Source: a virus. Taken from it: 64,000 nt of DNA. Made by a program: the position numbers and the translations under genes. The stretch is taken from positions 1 through 64,000 of the IMG/VR virus record IMGVR_UViG_3300035670_008749, one strand, 5' to 3'. This document shows positions 19,085 through 28,458 of this stretch, in pieces. The notes beneath the pieces were generated by a model that saw only the letters and a list, made by a program, of their open reading frames with translations, was not told the origin of the DNA and did no database searches. How positions within the stretch are numbered: position 1 is the first letter of the stretch; every line of letters begins with the position of its first letter.

Positions 19085-21671
19085 TAACATGAAAAAAGAC
19101 ATCTACGGAGGATTTAATCCCATTTTCGAAAGTATGAGAAATTCCCTTAATGAGGAAGACAGAAGCACTAGAAAAGAAAAAGCAATAGATACTATTACTG
19201 CTGTTGTTACAACATTAAACACAATGTTTAGTTTGTTACTTTCATCTAAAATGGAAGACGCTAAAACTGTAAGAGGGTTCGAGTCTATAAAGAATAAGAT
19301 ATTAGGCTCTGATAACTTTGGGTCTTTCAGACAATATGTTCTTTCTTTTTTAGAATCGCTTTCGGTTTTAGACCCCTCACAAAAAGTTGCTTATGAATCT
19401 AATATAAAACTAGTTAATGGTTTGCTTGGTGGAGAAATCGAAGCTGTTTTAGGAGACCCTAAAATTTTTAAGAGCTTAAAAAATGACACTATCGCTAAGA
19501 TCTTAGAAAACTTTACTAATGATCTTAAAGACAGAGAAAACCAAATGAGAAAAACTAACCCTAAGCTTTTCGGAGAAGTTGTTAAGAAGGGAATGGTTGT
19601 TAAAGAAGGTTTAACTGAAAAAAGAAAAACCGGAGACGAAACGGATACAACAGATGCAGAATTTAGAGGGCAAGCTTTTAATAAATCTAAGGAGTCTTTA
19701 GATGCTGCTAATTCATTTGTTGGTATGGTTGATAGAGATAAGTATGTACCAACTTTAAAAGATAACGCTGATGTAAGAAGATACAAGGAAATAGCAGATT
19801 CATTATACAAAAAAGCGCAGGATCTACAAATGATTGATAGAGGTGGTGCTTTAGGAGGTAAAATTGTTACTCCTACTGGTGAATTTAAAGCAAAAGAATA
19901 TAAAAGAAAACAGGACGATCTTATAAACGAAATTATTAGACAGAAGAAGGAGTACGAAAGACTTAAGTCTTCTCTATTAAAAATACCTCAGCAAGAAGTT
20001 GCTGCTGACCCCGTGTGTGGACCAGGTCAGATTTATGACAAAGCATTAGGTAAGTGCGTAGATGTTGTTAAAGATCCTTCTCCTAAGCCTAAGCCTAAGC
20101 CTACACCAGTTCCAGTTAAGGAGTGTACTTTCCCTATACCATTAAATAAGAAATGTACACAGGTAGGAGAACTACAGAAAAAACTAATGGATCTTATTCC
20201 TTCGGCTAAAACATATTTAGAAAAATTCGGAGGACAGGATAAAGTATATGGAAAAGGAACAGCAGCAGTAACTAATATTGTTTGGGGTTATTTATCTGGG
20301 CAAAGCGGACAGGCACTAACTTCTGAACTTAGTGAACCTATGTACGATGGAATAATGGCTCTAACTGATGCTGATGTAGACGTTACTTCAATAATCATAG
20401 AAGGAAATTATAATACTTACTATATTGATGATTTTGAAGAAATGGATATCGATCAGAAGATCCAAGAAAGAGAAGAAATAAAAGGCTCATCAATTTTATC
20501 ATTCGAAGATTTTTATTCAGTAATAGAAGAATCTTATTCATTTAAAAAAATAGATGAGCAAAGCGTATTCGACAGGCTTAAAGCTAAAGCAGATCCTGCA
20601 CCGGGAGCAACAGGAGCAACAGGAGCAACAGCTGCTCCTGCCCCAGCAAAAAAGAAAATCGTAGACAACTGCGTTAAAAAATCTCTAGAACAAGGTAAAG
20701 TTTTAGATTGCGTTTCTGGTACAGGACCATCACCTACAGGACCTACTGGAGAAACTGGACCTACTGGAGAAACTGGACCTAAATGGAAAGGATTAAAACC
20801 AGTACAGGACGGAGCTTATACTGTTCTTTATGACGAAAGTTGGGGAGAATGGTGGTCAGACGCTGCAAAAGGAGCTGTAGTAGCAGGACTTATAACTGTT
20901 GCTGTAGTTGCTACTGCGGGAGCAGCTGGTATTGCAGTTCCTATAGGAGGTACTTTAATAGGAGCTTCTTCTCTAGGAGCATCTGGTCTTGCCGGGGCAG
21001 GAGCAGCAGTAGGAGGATTAGCAACAACAACAGCTGGAGCAGCTGTATTAACAACTGGAGCAATAGGTGGAGCTTCGATAGCAAACTGGGCAGGAAGCGA
21101 CAGGAAGATGGTTACGATCCTAGTTTACAATGGATACATCGAAGAAATAGCAGTAAGAGCTATGGCTAGGGGTTTATATAACAGCTTAGGTGGAACAGTA
21201 TCTTCTCAAGACTTACTAGCTATATTCTCATCACTTATTCTTTGTAGAGGTACGTTTACAGATACTGGGGATGGTAAAGCAGTTTCAGTTTGGAGTTTGG
21301 TTAAGAGACAATACTCTTCTTTTGGAGGAGGAAGTCTAGAAGGAGATATAGCTTCTATTACTTCAGGAGGACTTGGCGGATTCGTAAAAGATTTTGTTAC
21401 CGATATGGACACTATCCCAGGATTCCCTAAATCTTTCAAAACTAAAAATCCTACGAACGGTATGCCAATTGAATTTGAAGATGCTAAAGACGCTTGTGTA
21501 GCTGCAACTGGTAAATTAAATTCTAACGAACCTAAATTAATGGAGAATCTTAAGAATATAAAAGAAGAAGATCTAGAATTACTTGGGGATCTAATGGAAG
21601 AAATCACCGACGGTGTAGTAGCAGAAATTGGAGCTTCTGCAGAAAAAGGGGAAGAAAAATCCGAAGAATAG
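19077..21671 (+). CDS. Large putative internal virion/ejection protein (coiled coil, PG-binding-like segment, short collagen repeats, Gly/Ala hydrophobic region)
   Basis: Directly upstream of the prohead protease; V.ELQ..L...D..YG..T; GATGATGAT, GPTGETGPTGETGP; long AVVAGLITVAVVATAGAAG... segment. Confidence 0.55.
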   Translation: MNNNMKKDIYGGFNPIFESMRNSLNEEDRSTRKEKAIDTITAVVTTLNTMFSLLLSSKMEDAKTVRGFESIKNKILGSDNFGSFRQYVLSFLESLSVLDPSQKVAYESNIKLVNGLLGGEIEAVLGDPKIFKSLKNDTIAKILENFTNDLKDRENQMRKTNPKLFGEVVKKGMVVKEGLTEKRKTGDETDTTDAEFRGQAFNKSKESLDAANSFVGMVDRDKYVPTLKDNADVRRYKEIADSLYKKAQDLQMIDRGGALGGKIVTPTGEFKAKEYKRKQDDLINEIIRQKKEYERLKSSLLKIPQQEVAADPVCGPGQIYDKALGKCVDVVKDPSPKPKPKPTPVPVKECTFPIPLNKKCTQVGELQKKLMDLIPSAKTYLEKFGGQDKVYGKGTAAVTNIVWGYLSGQSGQALTSELSEPMYDGIMALTDADVDVTSIIIEGNYNTYYIDDFEEMDIDQKIQEREEIKGSSILSFEDFYSVIEESYSFKKIDEQSVFDRLKAKADPAPGATGATGATAAPAPAKKKIVDNCVKKSLEQGKVLDCVSGTGPSPTGPTGETGPTGETGPKWKGLKPVQDGAYTVLYDESWGEWWSDAAKGAVVAGLITVAVVATAGAAGIAVPIGGTLIGASSLGASGLAGAGAAVGGLATTTAGAAVLTTGAIGGASIANWAGSDRKMVTILVYNGYIEEIAVRAMARGLYNSLGGTVSSQDLLAIFSSLILCRGTFTDTGDGKAVSVWSLVKRQYSSFGGGSLEGDIASITSGGLGGFVKDFVTDMDTIPGFPKSFKTKNPTNGMPIEFEDAKDACVAATGKLNSNEPKLMENLKNIKEEDLELLGDLMEEITDGVVAEIGASAEKGEEKSEE

Positions 21672-21674
21672 TTA

Positions 21675-21682
21675 GATATATA
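21675..21682 (+). promoter_or_regulatory. Class A promoter-like motif GATATATA for the protease/capsid operon
   Basis: 11 nt upstream of ATG 21694. Confidence 0.65.
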
Positions 21683-21693
21683 AAAAAACAAAA

Positions 21694-23784
21694 ATGGAAA
21701 ATAACCTAGATTACGTACTGATATTAGAGAAATCCTCTCACAACCTTAGCACTAAAAAGCAAGGGGGTGAATATTTTCTTGAAGGTATAGCTGCTGTTTT
21801 TGGAGTTGAAAACTCTAATCACAGAATTTATGAGGAAAATGAATATTTGCCTCATATGGATTATCTTAAAAAGAAAATAGATCAGAATCGTTTAGTTGGT
21901 GAGTTAGATCACCCTAAGGAGTTTGATGTTTCTCTTAAGAACATATCACACGTTATTACAGATCTTTCCTATGATAAAGGAAACAGAAATGTAAAAATCA
22001 AAGTTAAACTTCTAGATACACCAGCAGGTAAAATTGCTAAAAGTTTAATCGATGCGGGTATTCCTATTTCTATATCTTCTAGAGCAGCTGGTAACGTTAA
22101 GGAGAATAAAAAAGTAGAGATTAAGAAAATATTTACATATGACTTAGTTGCTGATCCAGGATTTGAAAATGCTCAATTAGAAAGGGTTTATGAAAGTTTA
22201 GGATCACATTTACCTTCAGAATCTATTAAAGATTCAATTATTTCTTCATTAACCAACATAAATGAAAGTTTTGGACTTAGAAAAAATTCTAACACACAGA
22301 TATATAGAATAAAAGATACAGAGAAAATCTCTAGACTTTTAAAAGAAAACACAAATAATTCAAGAAACATGGACAATAACTTTGTCACTGCAGAAGAACT
22401 AAACGAATACTCGTTAATCCTTAAAAAAGAAATGGATTCATTGAAAAATGAATTAAGATCTGTTTCTAAAGGATCATCTTCTAGATTATCATCTAATAAC
22501 ACAGATTCAGGGTTGGAAGAAAGAATTCAAAGATTAGAAAAATATTCTGAGTATCTTGCTGAGAATTTAGAATCTGCTATTAAATATGGAGATTACTTAG
22601 CTGAAAATTTAGAAGGATCTATTTCTTATAATAAATATTTAGCCGAAAATTTAGATAAGGCTATTTCTTATGCTAAATACTTAGCTGAGCACGTTGATGG
22701 AAATATTTCATATTCTGAATACATCGCAGAAAATCTTGATAACAATATTGCTTATAGCAAGTATCTTGCTGAGAATTTGGATAAAAATATTTCTTACTCT
22801 GAGTACTTAGCAGAAAACCTTGATAAGAACATTTCTTACTCCGAATACTTAGCAGAAAACCTTGATAAGAACATTTCTTACTCTGAGTATCTTGCAGAGA
22901 ATTTGGATAAAAATATTTCTTACTCTGAGTACTTAGCAGAAAACCTTGATAAGAACATTTCTTATTCGGATTATTTAGCTGAGAACCTAGATAAGAGTAT
23001 CACTTACTCTGACTACTTAGGAGAAAAATTAGATCAAAACATTACTTACTCTGATTACTTAGGAGAGAAATTAAACGGAAACATTAACTATTCAGATTAT
23101 ATCGCTGAAAAAGTTAAATCTGGAATTGATTACACTGAATATTTAGCAGAGTCTATTAATAGAGGAGGAAAAACAACAAGAAAAAATCTTTCTCAAAACG
23201 TAAACGAATCTATTAATGAAGGAAGAAGAACTTCTGGATTCTCTGGAGATTATACAGATCTTTCTTCCAAAGTTGATAAACTTATCGAATCTGTTAGCAC
23301 AGCAAAAACAGATCAGATTATAAACGAAAATAAATACTCCTTCTTAAAGCTTGTCGATGACAGAACTAAGAAAGGATTTTTATCTCTGAACGAGGCCGAA
23401 AAACAAAAGGTCGTTAAAGCTCTTAACGAGCAGAACTATAATTCGGGTACGGATGTAGTTCAAATTATGGGATCCGCTTTAACTGAACAAGTTGAGTCTG
23501 GAGAAAAATTCCTCGATATGATACCGGGTGAATTGGTTCCTGCATGGGAAGGTCTAAATGAATCACAGAGAGCATCTATTATTGCTCAAAGTAAATTCTA
23601 TAAATTAGACACTGCTTATCAGATCAATCACTTCTGGAAAACTAGAGGACTTAATTCTGCAAAACCAGCATCTACTGAATTCTTAAACGAATCTCAAAAC
23701 ACTAACCCTAATGCTAACATGGGTGTAAGCAACTCTTACATGCAGAATATAGCAGCAGAGTTAGAAAAAAGATTTAAAAAATAA
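21694..23784 (+). CDS. T4 gp21-like prohead protease fused to a repeat-containing scaffold-like region
   Basis: N.N.RIY, GELDHP, SH.I, LDTP.G.I, ISSR..G, TYDLVADPGF..A; immediately upstream of the capsid gene. Confidence 0.9.
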   Translation: MENNLDYVLILEKSSHNLSTKKQGGEYFLEGIAAVFGVENSNHRIYEENEYLPHMDYLKKKIDQNRLVGELDHPKEFDVSLKNISHVITDLSYDKGNRNVKIKVKLLDTPAGKIAKSLIDAGIPISISSRAAGNVKENKKVEIKKIFTYDLVADPGFENAQLERVYESLGSHLPSESIKDSIISSLTNINESFGLRKNSNTQIYRIKDTEKISRLLKENTNNSRNMDNNFVTAEELNEYSLILKKEMDSLKNELRSVSKGSSSRLSSNNTDSGLEERIQRLEKYSEYLAENLESAIKYGDYLAENLEGSISYNKYLAENLDKAISYAKYLAEHVDGNISYSEYIAENLDNNIAYSKYLAENLDKNISYSEYLAENLDKNISYSEYLAENLDKNISYSEYLAENLDKNISYSEYLAENLDKNISYSDYLAENLDKSITYSDYLGEKLDQNITYSDYLGEKLNGNINYSDYIAEKVKSGIDYTEYLAESINRGGKTTRKNLSQNVNESINEGRRTSGFSGDYTDLSSKVDKLIESVSTAKTDQIINENKYSFLKLVDDRTKKGFLSLNEAEKQKVVKALNEQNYNSGTDVVQIMGSALTEQVESGEKFLDMIPGELVPAWEGLNESQRASIIAQSKFYKLDTAYQINHFWKTRGLNSAKPASTEFLNESQNTNPNANMGVSNSYMQNIAAELEKRFKK
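22540..23155 (+). repeat. 15 tandem 14-aa (42-bp) repeats ISYSEYLAENLDKN
   Basis: Counted in the translation; four consecutive units are identical in protein. Confidence 0.9.
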
Positions 23785-23793
23785 TCTAACAAA

Positions 23794-25572
23794 ATGCAAC
23801 TCTTAAACGAAAACGAGATCTATGAAACATGGTCTCCAATTATCGAGAGTAAGACCGGTATGACGGATCGTTCAAAGGTAGAGTGGTTATCTAAATATTG
23901 CCACTTCCACTCATTAAACGAGTCTGCTGGAGCTTATAACTCTCTAGGCGTATTAAACGGTATGGGTAACGTACTTCCTGCTGGTAACTACCAAGGTGGT
24001 GCAGCTGGTGCGGGTCCTGCTGGTTTCTACTACAACAACACTTATGACGCTGGTCGTCCATATGTTGGTTCTGGTGATAAATTCCCATCATTACTTCCAT
24101 TGGCTATTCAGGTAGCTGCTAAAACCGTTGGTTTTGACATCGTTCCTGTTATTCCTATGGCTGGTCCTACTGGGGTATTATCTTACCTAGACTATGTATA
24201 CGCAGGTGGTACATTATCTGGTACATCTACAGATTCTTCTACTAACTTCGTAGCTAACACACCGGATATGATTAAAATCCCTACGGCTATTGCTTCTCCA
24301 GCAACTGGTCTTACAGTAGGTAATAATTATGCTATTGGTGTTGGTCTTTCAGGTACTGATGACCCATCAAACGGTGATGCTTTAGCAGTTGGTAAATTTA
24401 TCGGTAACTCACGTATTGATGGTTTCCCTATCTTTGAAATCACTATTATTGGTAGCGGAAAATCTATCTCTGATGTTTGTCCTGCTGCTGGTACTGCTGA
24501 TATCTATGCGGTAACTGGTACTCCTACTAGTTCTCAAGTAATTATTGGATCTTTAGCAGCTACTACTGCTGGTTCAGCTGTATTAGTTAAAACGTTAGAA
24601 GATCACATCCAAGGTTTCTCTGGAGCTGGTCCTGACAACACTAACGATTGGCAAGGTCCATACGTAGACGGTACTAAAAACTACGATCCTATGTTAAGAG
24701 GAGTAGGTGAGACCACTTATTACAAGTCATTAGGTCTTTCTACTTTCACTAAGTTCGTAGAAGCTGGTACTTTCCAAGTTGCTGCTTCTGTTACTACTGA
24801 GCAAATCCAAGACCTTAACAAGCAGTTCGGTATCGACGTAGTTTCTATGATCGAGAACGCACTTGTTAACGAGGTTTCTCAAGCTATTAACAAGCACATC
24901 TTATCTAGAGCATATGCTCTTGGATGGTCTAACCACTCTCAGTTCTTAATCACTGAAAACACAAACCTTAACCTTAACTTAGTAATTGGTGGTGCTGCTA
25001 CTTATACAGTTCCTAACTACATCGGTAAACAAGGTACTGCTATCACAGGCGGTTCTAAACCAGGTGCAGTTGCTGGTCCTGCTTCAGGTACTTTCGAGAA
25101 CTTATCAACAGTTCAAAGAAGACTTTACAGCCGCATCTTAGCTGCTGCTAACGTAGTTGCTAACAGAGGTCGTAGAGGTCCTGCTAACTTCATCGTTACT
25201 AACTCTCAAATCGCGTCTGCTTTACAAGACATCAGTCAGTTCACATTCGCTCCGTTTACTAACACACTTACTCAAAACAACGGTACTTTATACCCCGTAG
25301 GTTCGCTTGCTGGTATGACAGTATATGTTGATCAAAACATGTCATTCGGTGACACTAGAGTATTAGTTGGTAGAAAAGGTGCTGATGATGAGCCAGGTAT
25401 GAAATTCATGCCTTACATGATGGCTGAGTCAATTCAGACTATCTCTGAGGGTACTATGTCTCCTAAAATCGCGGTTAAATCCCGTTACTCTTTAGTTGAG
25501 GCTGGTCACCACCCAGAAACAATGTATTTCTGCTTCCACGTTAACACTGGAACTGCTACTGCTATTATCTAA
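23794..25572 (+). CDS. Major capsid protein, T4 gp23-like
   Basis: V.PM.GPTG, E.IQDL....GID, E....IN..I, GRRG.ANFIV, G.L.G..VYVD, F.PY, PKI.VKSRY; strong codon bias. Confidence 0.95.
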   Translation: MQLLNENEIYETWSPIIESKTGMTDRSKVEWLSKYCHFHSLNESAGAYNSLGVLNGMGNVLPAGNYQGGAAGAGPAGFYYNNTYDAGRPYVGSGDKFPSLLPLAIQVAAKTVGFDIVPVIPMAGPTGVLSYLDYVYAGGTLSGTSTDSSTNFVANTPDMIKIPTAIASPATGLTVGNNYAIGVGLSGTDDPSNGDALAVGKFIGNSRIDGFPIFEITIIGSGKSISDVCPAAGTADIYAVTGTPTSSQVIIGSLAATTAGSAVLVKTLEDHIQGFSGAGPDNTNDWQGPYVDGTKNYDPMLRGVGETTYYKSLGLSTFTKFVEAGTFQVAASVTTEQIQDLNKQFGIDVVSMIENALVNEVSQAINKHILSRAYALGWSNHSQFLITENTNLNLNLVIGGAATYTVPNYIGKQGTAITGGSKPGAVAGPASGTFENLSTVQRRLYSRILAAANVVANRGRRGPANFIVTNSQIASALQDISQFTFAPFTNTLTQNNGTLYPVGSLAGMTVYVDQNMSFGDTRVLVGRKGADDEPGMKFMPYMMAESIQTISEGTMSPKIAVKSRYSLVEAGHHPETMYFCFHVNTGTATAII

Positions 25573-25597
25573 TCAGTAATAGTATAAGTACATACTC

Positions 25598-25628
25598 AAA
25601 AGGGTCTTCTTCGGAAGACCCTTTTTTT
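25598..25628 (+). terminator. Rho-independent terminator after the capsid gene
   Basis: aaaagggtcttc-TTCG-gaagaccctttttttt: perfect stem, C(UUCG)G loop, U tract. Confidence 0.9.
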
Positions 25629-25670
25629 GTTTTTAATGGTTTTTTGGATATATAGAATAAAAGGTAAACT

Positions 25671-26723
25671 ATGTTGTTTGAAAATGCAAGCCAATTCCAA
25701 AAAGCAAAACAAACCCTGTTAGATAATAATAGAGACGTAAATAAAACTGCTTATATTCTTAAAAAATCACCTCTCTTTGATGATTTATCAGAAGGAGAGA
25801 TAATATCACATCTAACCGAGTTAAACGAAGGATTAGGAGATAATATAATGAACTTCTTAAGCAGTGCTTTCGGAGGGGACATTAGTAAATTAAAAACAGT
25901 GCTCACTCAGATGAAGGAACAGGAGCTTAAGTTCAATAGAGAAGAGTATCAGATATGGGATGAGTTTTATAGATTATTAGAAGATCAAAAGGCCTTAGAC
26001 AAGGATAAAAATAATCCCAACTACCAAACACTTAGTAGAGAACTGCAGCAATCAAGAAATGCTTTAAATTTAAGATTAAAAGAGTTAACGAAAACCCACA
26101 ATGAAATATTCAATGCTCTAGAGGAAAAGGTTAGAGATTTAACAAAAGATAGTGCAAGAAAGAAAACATATTTCAATGCACAAAGAGCTAACGATGTTTT
26201 AGAAACAAGAAACGATCGATACGAAAAAATAAAGTCAATCACAGCAAGAAGTGCTTCTAGGTCGCAAGAATTAGAAAATTTCTTTAATGTTAGTGTTTCT
26301 GACTTAGACAAAGAAAGAGCTGAAGCAGAAAGAAAAGCAAAAGCACAGGAAGAAAAATTAAGAAGACAACAAACGTCTACTGAAAATAATCCTCATGATA
26401 GTGATGATCCGTCTTCCTTACCATCTAAATTTAAGAAAAGAATAGAGGAGATTTCTTCTTTTCCTGGAGATATCCATTACACCAAGATAAGAAAGCTAGG
26501 GGATTTACAACACGAGATAGTTGATGTTATAACAGACGATAATAAGACCATCACTAGAGAAAATCCTCATGGTAATTTAGGAAAAGATGTAAGAGATGAA
26601 CTAGTAAGAATGTCTAATGAGCTGACAGCTAAGATAAAAGATCTTGTAAAAACCAAAGAGGAAAAGATTACTGCAGAAGAGGCAGAGGATGCAGCCAAAA
26701 AAATAACGTCGAGAAAAAAATGA
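25671..26723 (+). CDS. Coiled-coil hypothetical protein, putative head internal protein
   Basis: GATATATA at 25647; LNE-G motif; helical charged composition. Confidence 0.6.
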   Translation: MLFENASQFQKAKQTLLDNNRDVNKTAYILKKSPLFDDLSEGEIISHLTELNEGLGDNIMNFLSSAFGGDISKLKTVLTQMKEQELKFNREEYQIWDEFYRLLEDQKALDKDKNNPNYQTLSRELQQSRNALNLRLKELTKTHNEIFNALEEKVRDLTKDSARKKTYFNAQRANDVLETRNDRYEKIKSITARSASRSQELENFFNVSVSDLDKERAEAERKAKAQEEKLRRQQTSTENNPHDSDDPSSLPSKFKKRIEEISSFPGDIHYTKIRKLGDLQHEIVDVITDDNKTITRENPHGNLGKDVRDELVRMSNELTAKIKDLVKTKEEKITAEEAEDAAKKITSRKK

Positions 26724-27607
26724 TCTCTAGAAACATAAAAAGCATAAATGAATTCGATAGAATAGATGAAGGAATTCTTTCTTCTTTATTAGGCGGTGTT
26801 AAAAACTTTTTTACCTCTAAAAAAGGAAAGGTTGAAAATATTCTTAAAAAAATAAGAGATGCAAGACACGAAGAGGTTAGCAACACAATCTCTATAGAAA
26901 AAGAAATACAAGGATTAACTAAAGATAATACTCCTGAGTATAGATTTGCATTAACTAACTTAAGAAGACAATCTAGAACATATGCTGCTTTAAAGGGACA
27001 AGAAATAAACTCTTTAGCTAAAGAGGCTAGAAGCATAATGGAAGATGATCCTAGACTAGAGGCATTTTTTGCCTCAGAGATGGCTAAGATAGAGGTTGAA
27101 ACCAAGGAAAAACTTCTTAAAAACTTGGGGGGAATATCGGATTCTGGGTTTTTAAATCAAATAAATGCTGAATTTGATTCTCTGGTTAAAGACGCTAATA
27201 GGAAAGCTTCTTTTTATGATGATTATAAGGAAAGAGAAAATTATATGCCTTCCATTGAAATACCAGCAAAGATGTCTGATGATGTATTAACATTTCTTAA
27301 TATGCCCTCAAAAGAAGCATCATCTTTTACTAGATCTTTGGATGAAACCAATTTGAACAAGTATTATTCACAAATTAGGGATTTCTTTTTCGATCTTGAG
27401 GACAAATATTCAACCTCGATAGAAAGAATAAGAAGAGACAAGAAAAATGCTGAAAAACAAGGTCATGATTGGATTATTCCTTCACTAGAAAAAGAGGAGA
27501 TGAATGTTAAATATCATTTAAGAAAAAATATAGACAAGCTTCGATCGAGAGTAAACACTCTTGAAAGAGAAATGAAAAATAGAAGATATGCAACACAGAC
27601 TGCTTAA
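26720..27607 (+). CDS. Coiled-coil hypothetical protein, putative head internal protein
   Basis: N-terminal IKSINEFDRIDE-G; segment similar to 25671..26723. Confidence 0.6.
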   Translation: MISRNIKSINEFDRIDEGILSSLLGGVKNFFTSKKGKVENILKKIRDARHEEVSNTISIEKEIQGLTKDNTPEYRFALTNLRRQSRTYAALKGQEINSLAKEARSIMEDDPRLEAFFASEMAKIEVETKEKLLKNLGGISDSGFLNQINAEFDSLVKDANRKASFYDDYKERENYMPSIEIPAKMSDDVLTFLNMPSKEASSFTRSLDETNLNKYYSQIRDFFFDLEDKYSTSIERIRRDKKNAEKQGHDWIIPSLEKEEMNVKYHLRKNIDKLRSRVNTLEREMKNRRYATQTA

Positions 27608-27878
27608 ACTTAAAGAATTTGTTTTTGAACAAGAAAGCACACAGCAAAAAACAAAAGAGCTACAGGCTAAAACAGATGCTGAAAAACAAATAATGGATAT
27701 AGACAAAAGAATATCTGAAGTTGATCTTGCCATTGCTAATCTACAAAAAAGAGAAAAGGATGGGACACTATCAAAGAGCGAATCACTGAACCAGCAAGCA
27801 ATAGAGATGCAAAAGAAAGTAGCTGAATTTCAAAAAAAAGCAGTTGCATATAAAAAGATAGAATCTATCCAAAAATAA
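27588..27878 (+). CDS. Small coiled-coil protein with targeting-like N-terminus
   Basis: RLLKLKEFVFE N-terminus. Confidence 0.6.
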   Translation: MQHRLLKLKEFVFEQESTQQKTKELQAKTDAEKQIMDIDKRISEVDLAIANLQKREKDGTLSKSESLNQQAIEMQKKVAEFQKKAVAYKKIESIQK

Positions 27879-27901
27879 GATATATAATAAAAAATCTAAA
27901 A

Positions 27902-28444
27902 ATGAATAATAGAAGATTAGAATATAACCCTCTTTTTGAATCACTTACAGATTCAGCTAGAAGATACGAGACAATATCAGAGCAATCTACTGCAGACAAA
28001 ATGAAATATGCTATAGAATATGCTAGAAGAATAATAGAAACATGCTATACACAATATGTGTATTTTGTTAACACTATTCCGGACTCAGCTACTAAAAAAA
28101 CTGTACTAACAGAGCTAGAAACATTTCTAAAAAAAGAAAATGAGCAACCGAGCATTGATTTTAAAAATTTCTTTGATTCGATGATAGCTAAGATGGAGGA
28201 GCTTGCAGGAAAAGTATCTGGTAACCAAGCTATTAGAAATCTGGAAAATTTTGAAAAATTGCAACAGATTTACAATAAAATAGAACAAGGTAAAGACGAA
28301 CTAAAGAACGTTACCGTTCCTGAATACACTAAACAGTATGCAACAGAATACACTTCGGATGCTGTTAAGAATGCGGTTAAATCCTTTGTTAAATTTAGTT
28401 CGGAATCTTTATCACAGATATTGACTTCGTCTACGATGAAATAA
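27902..28444 (+). CDS. Hypothetical helical protein
   Basis: GATATATA at 27879; YNPLFES resembles FNPIFES of the 19077 gene. Confidence 0.6.
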   Translation: MNNRRLEYNPLFESLTDSARRYETISEQSTADKMKYAIEYARRIIETCYTQYVYFVNTIPDSATKKTVLTELETFLKKENEQPSIDFKNFFDSMIAKMEELAGKVSGNQAIRNLENFEKLQQIYNKIEQGKDELKNVTVPEYTKQYATEYTSDAVKNAVKSFVKFSSESLSQILTSSTMK

Positions 28445-28458
28445 TAAAAAATAAAAAA

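Noticed and set aside
22780-23000. 42-bp near-identical repeats as a CRISPR array or DGR template/variable repeats
   Set aside because: Contiguous, in frame and varying at synonymous sites; no spacers, no adenine-specific pattern, no reverse transcriptase in the window.
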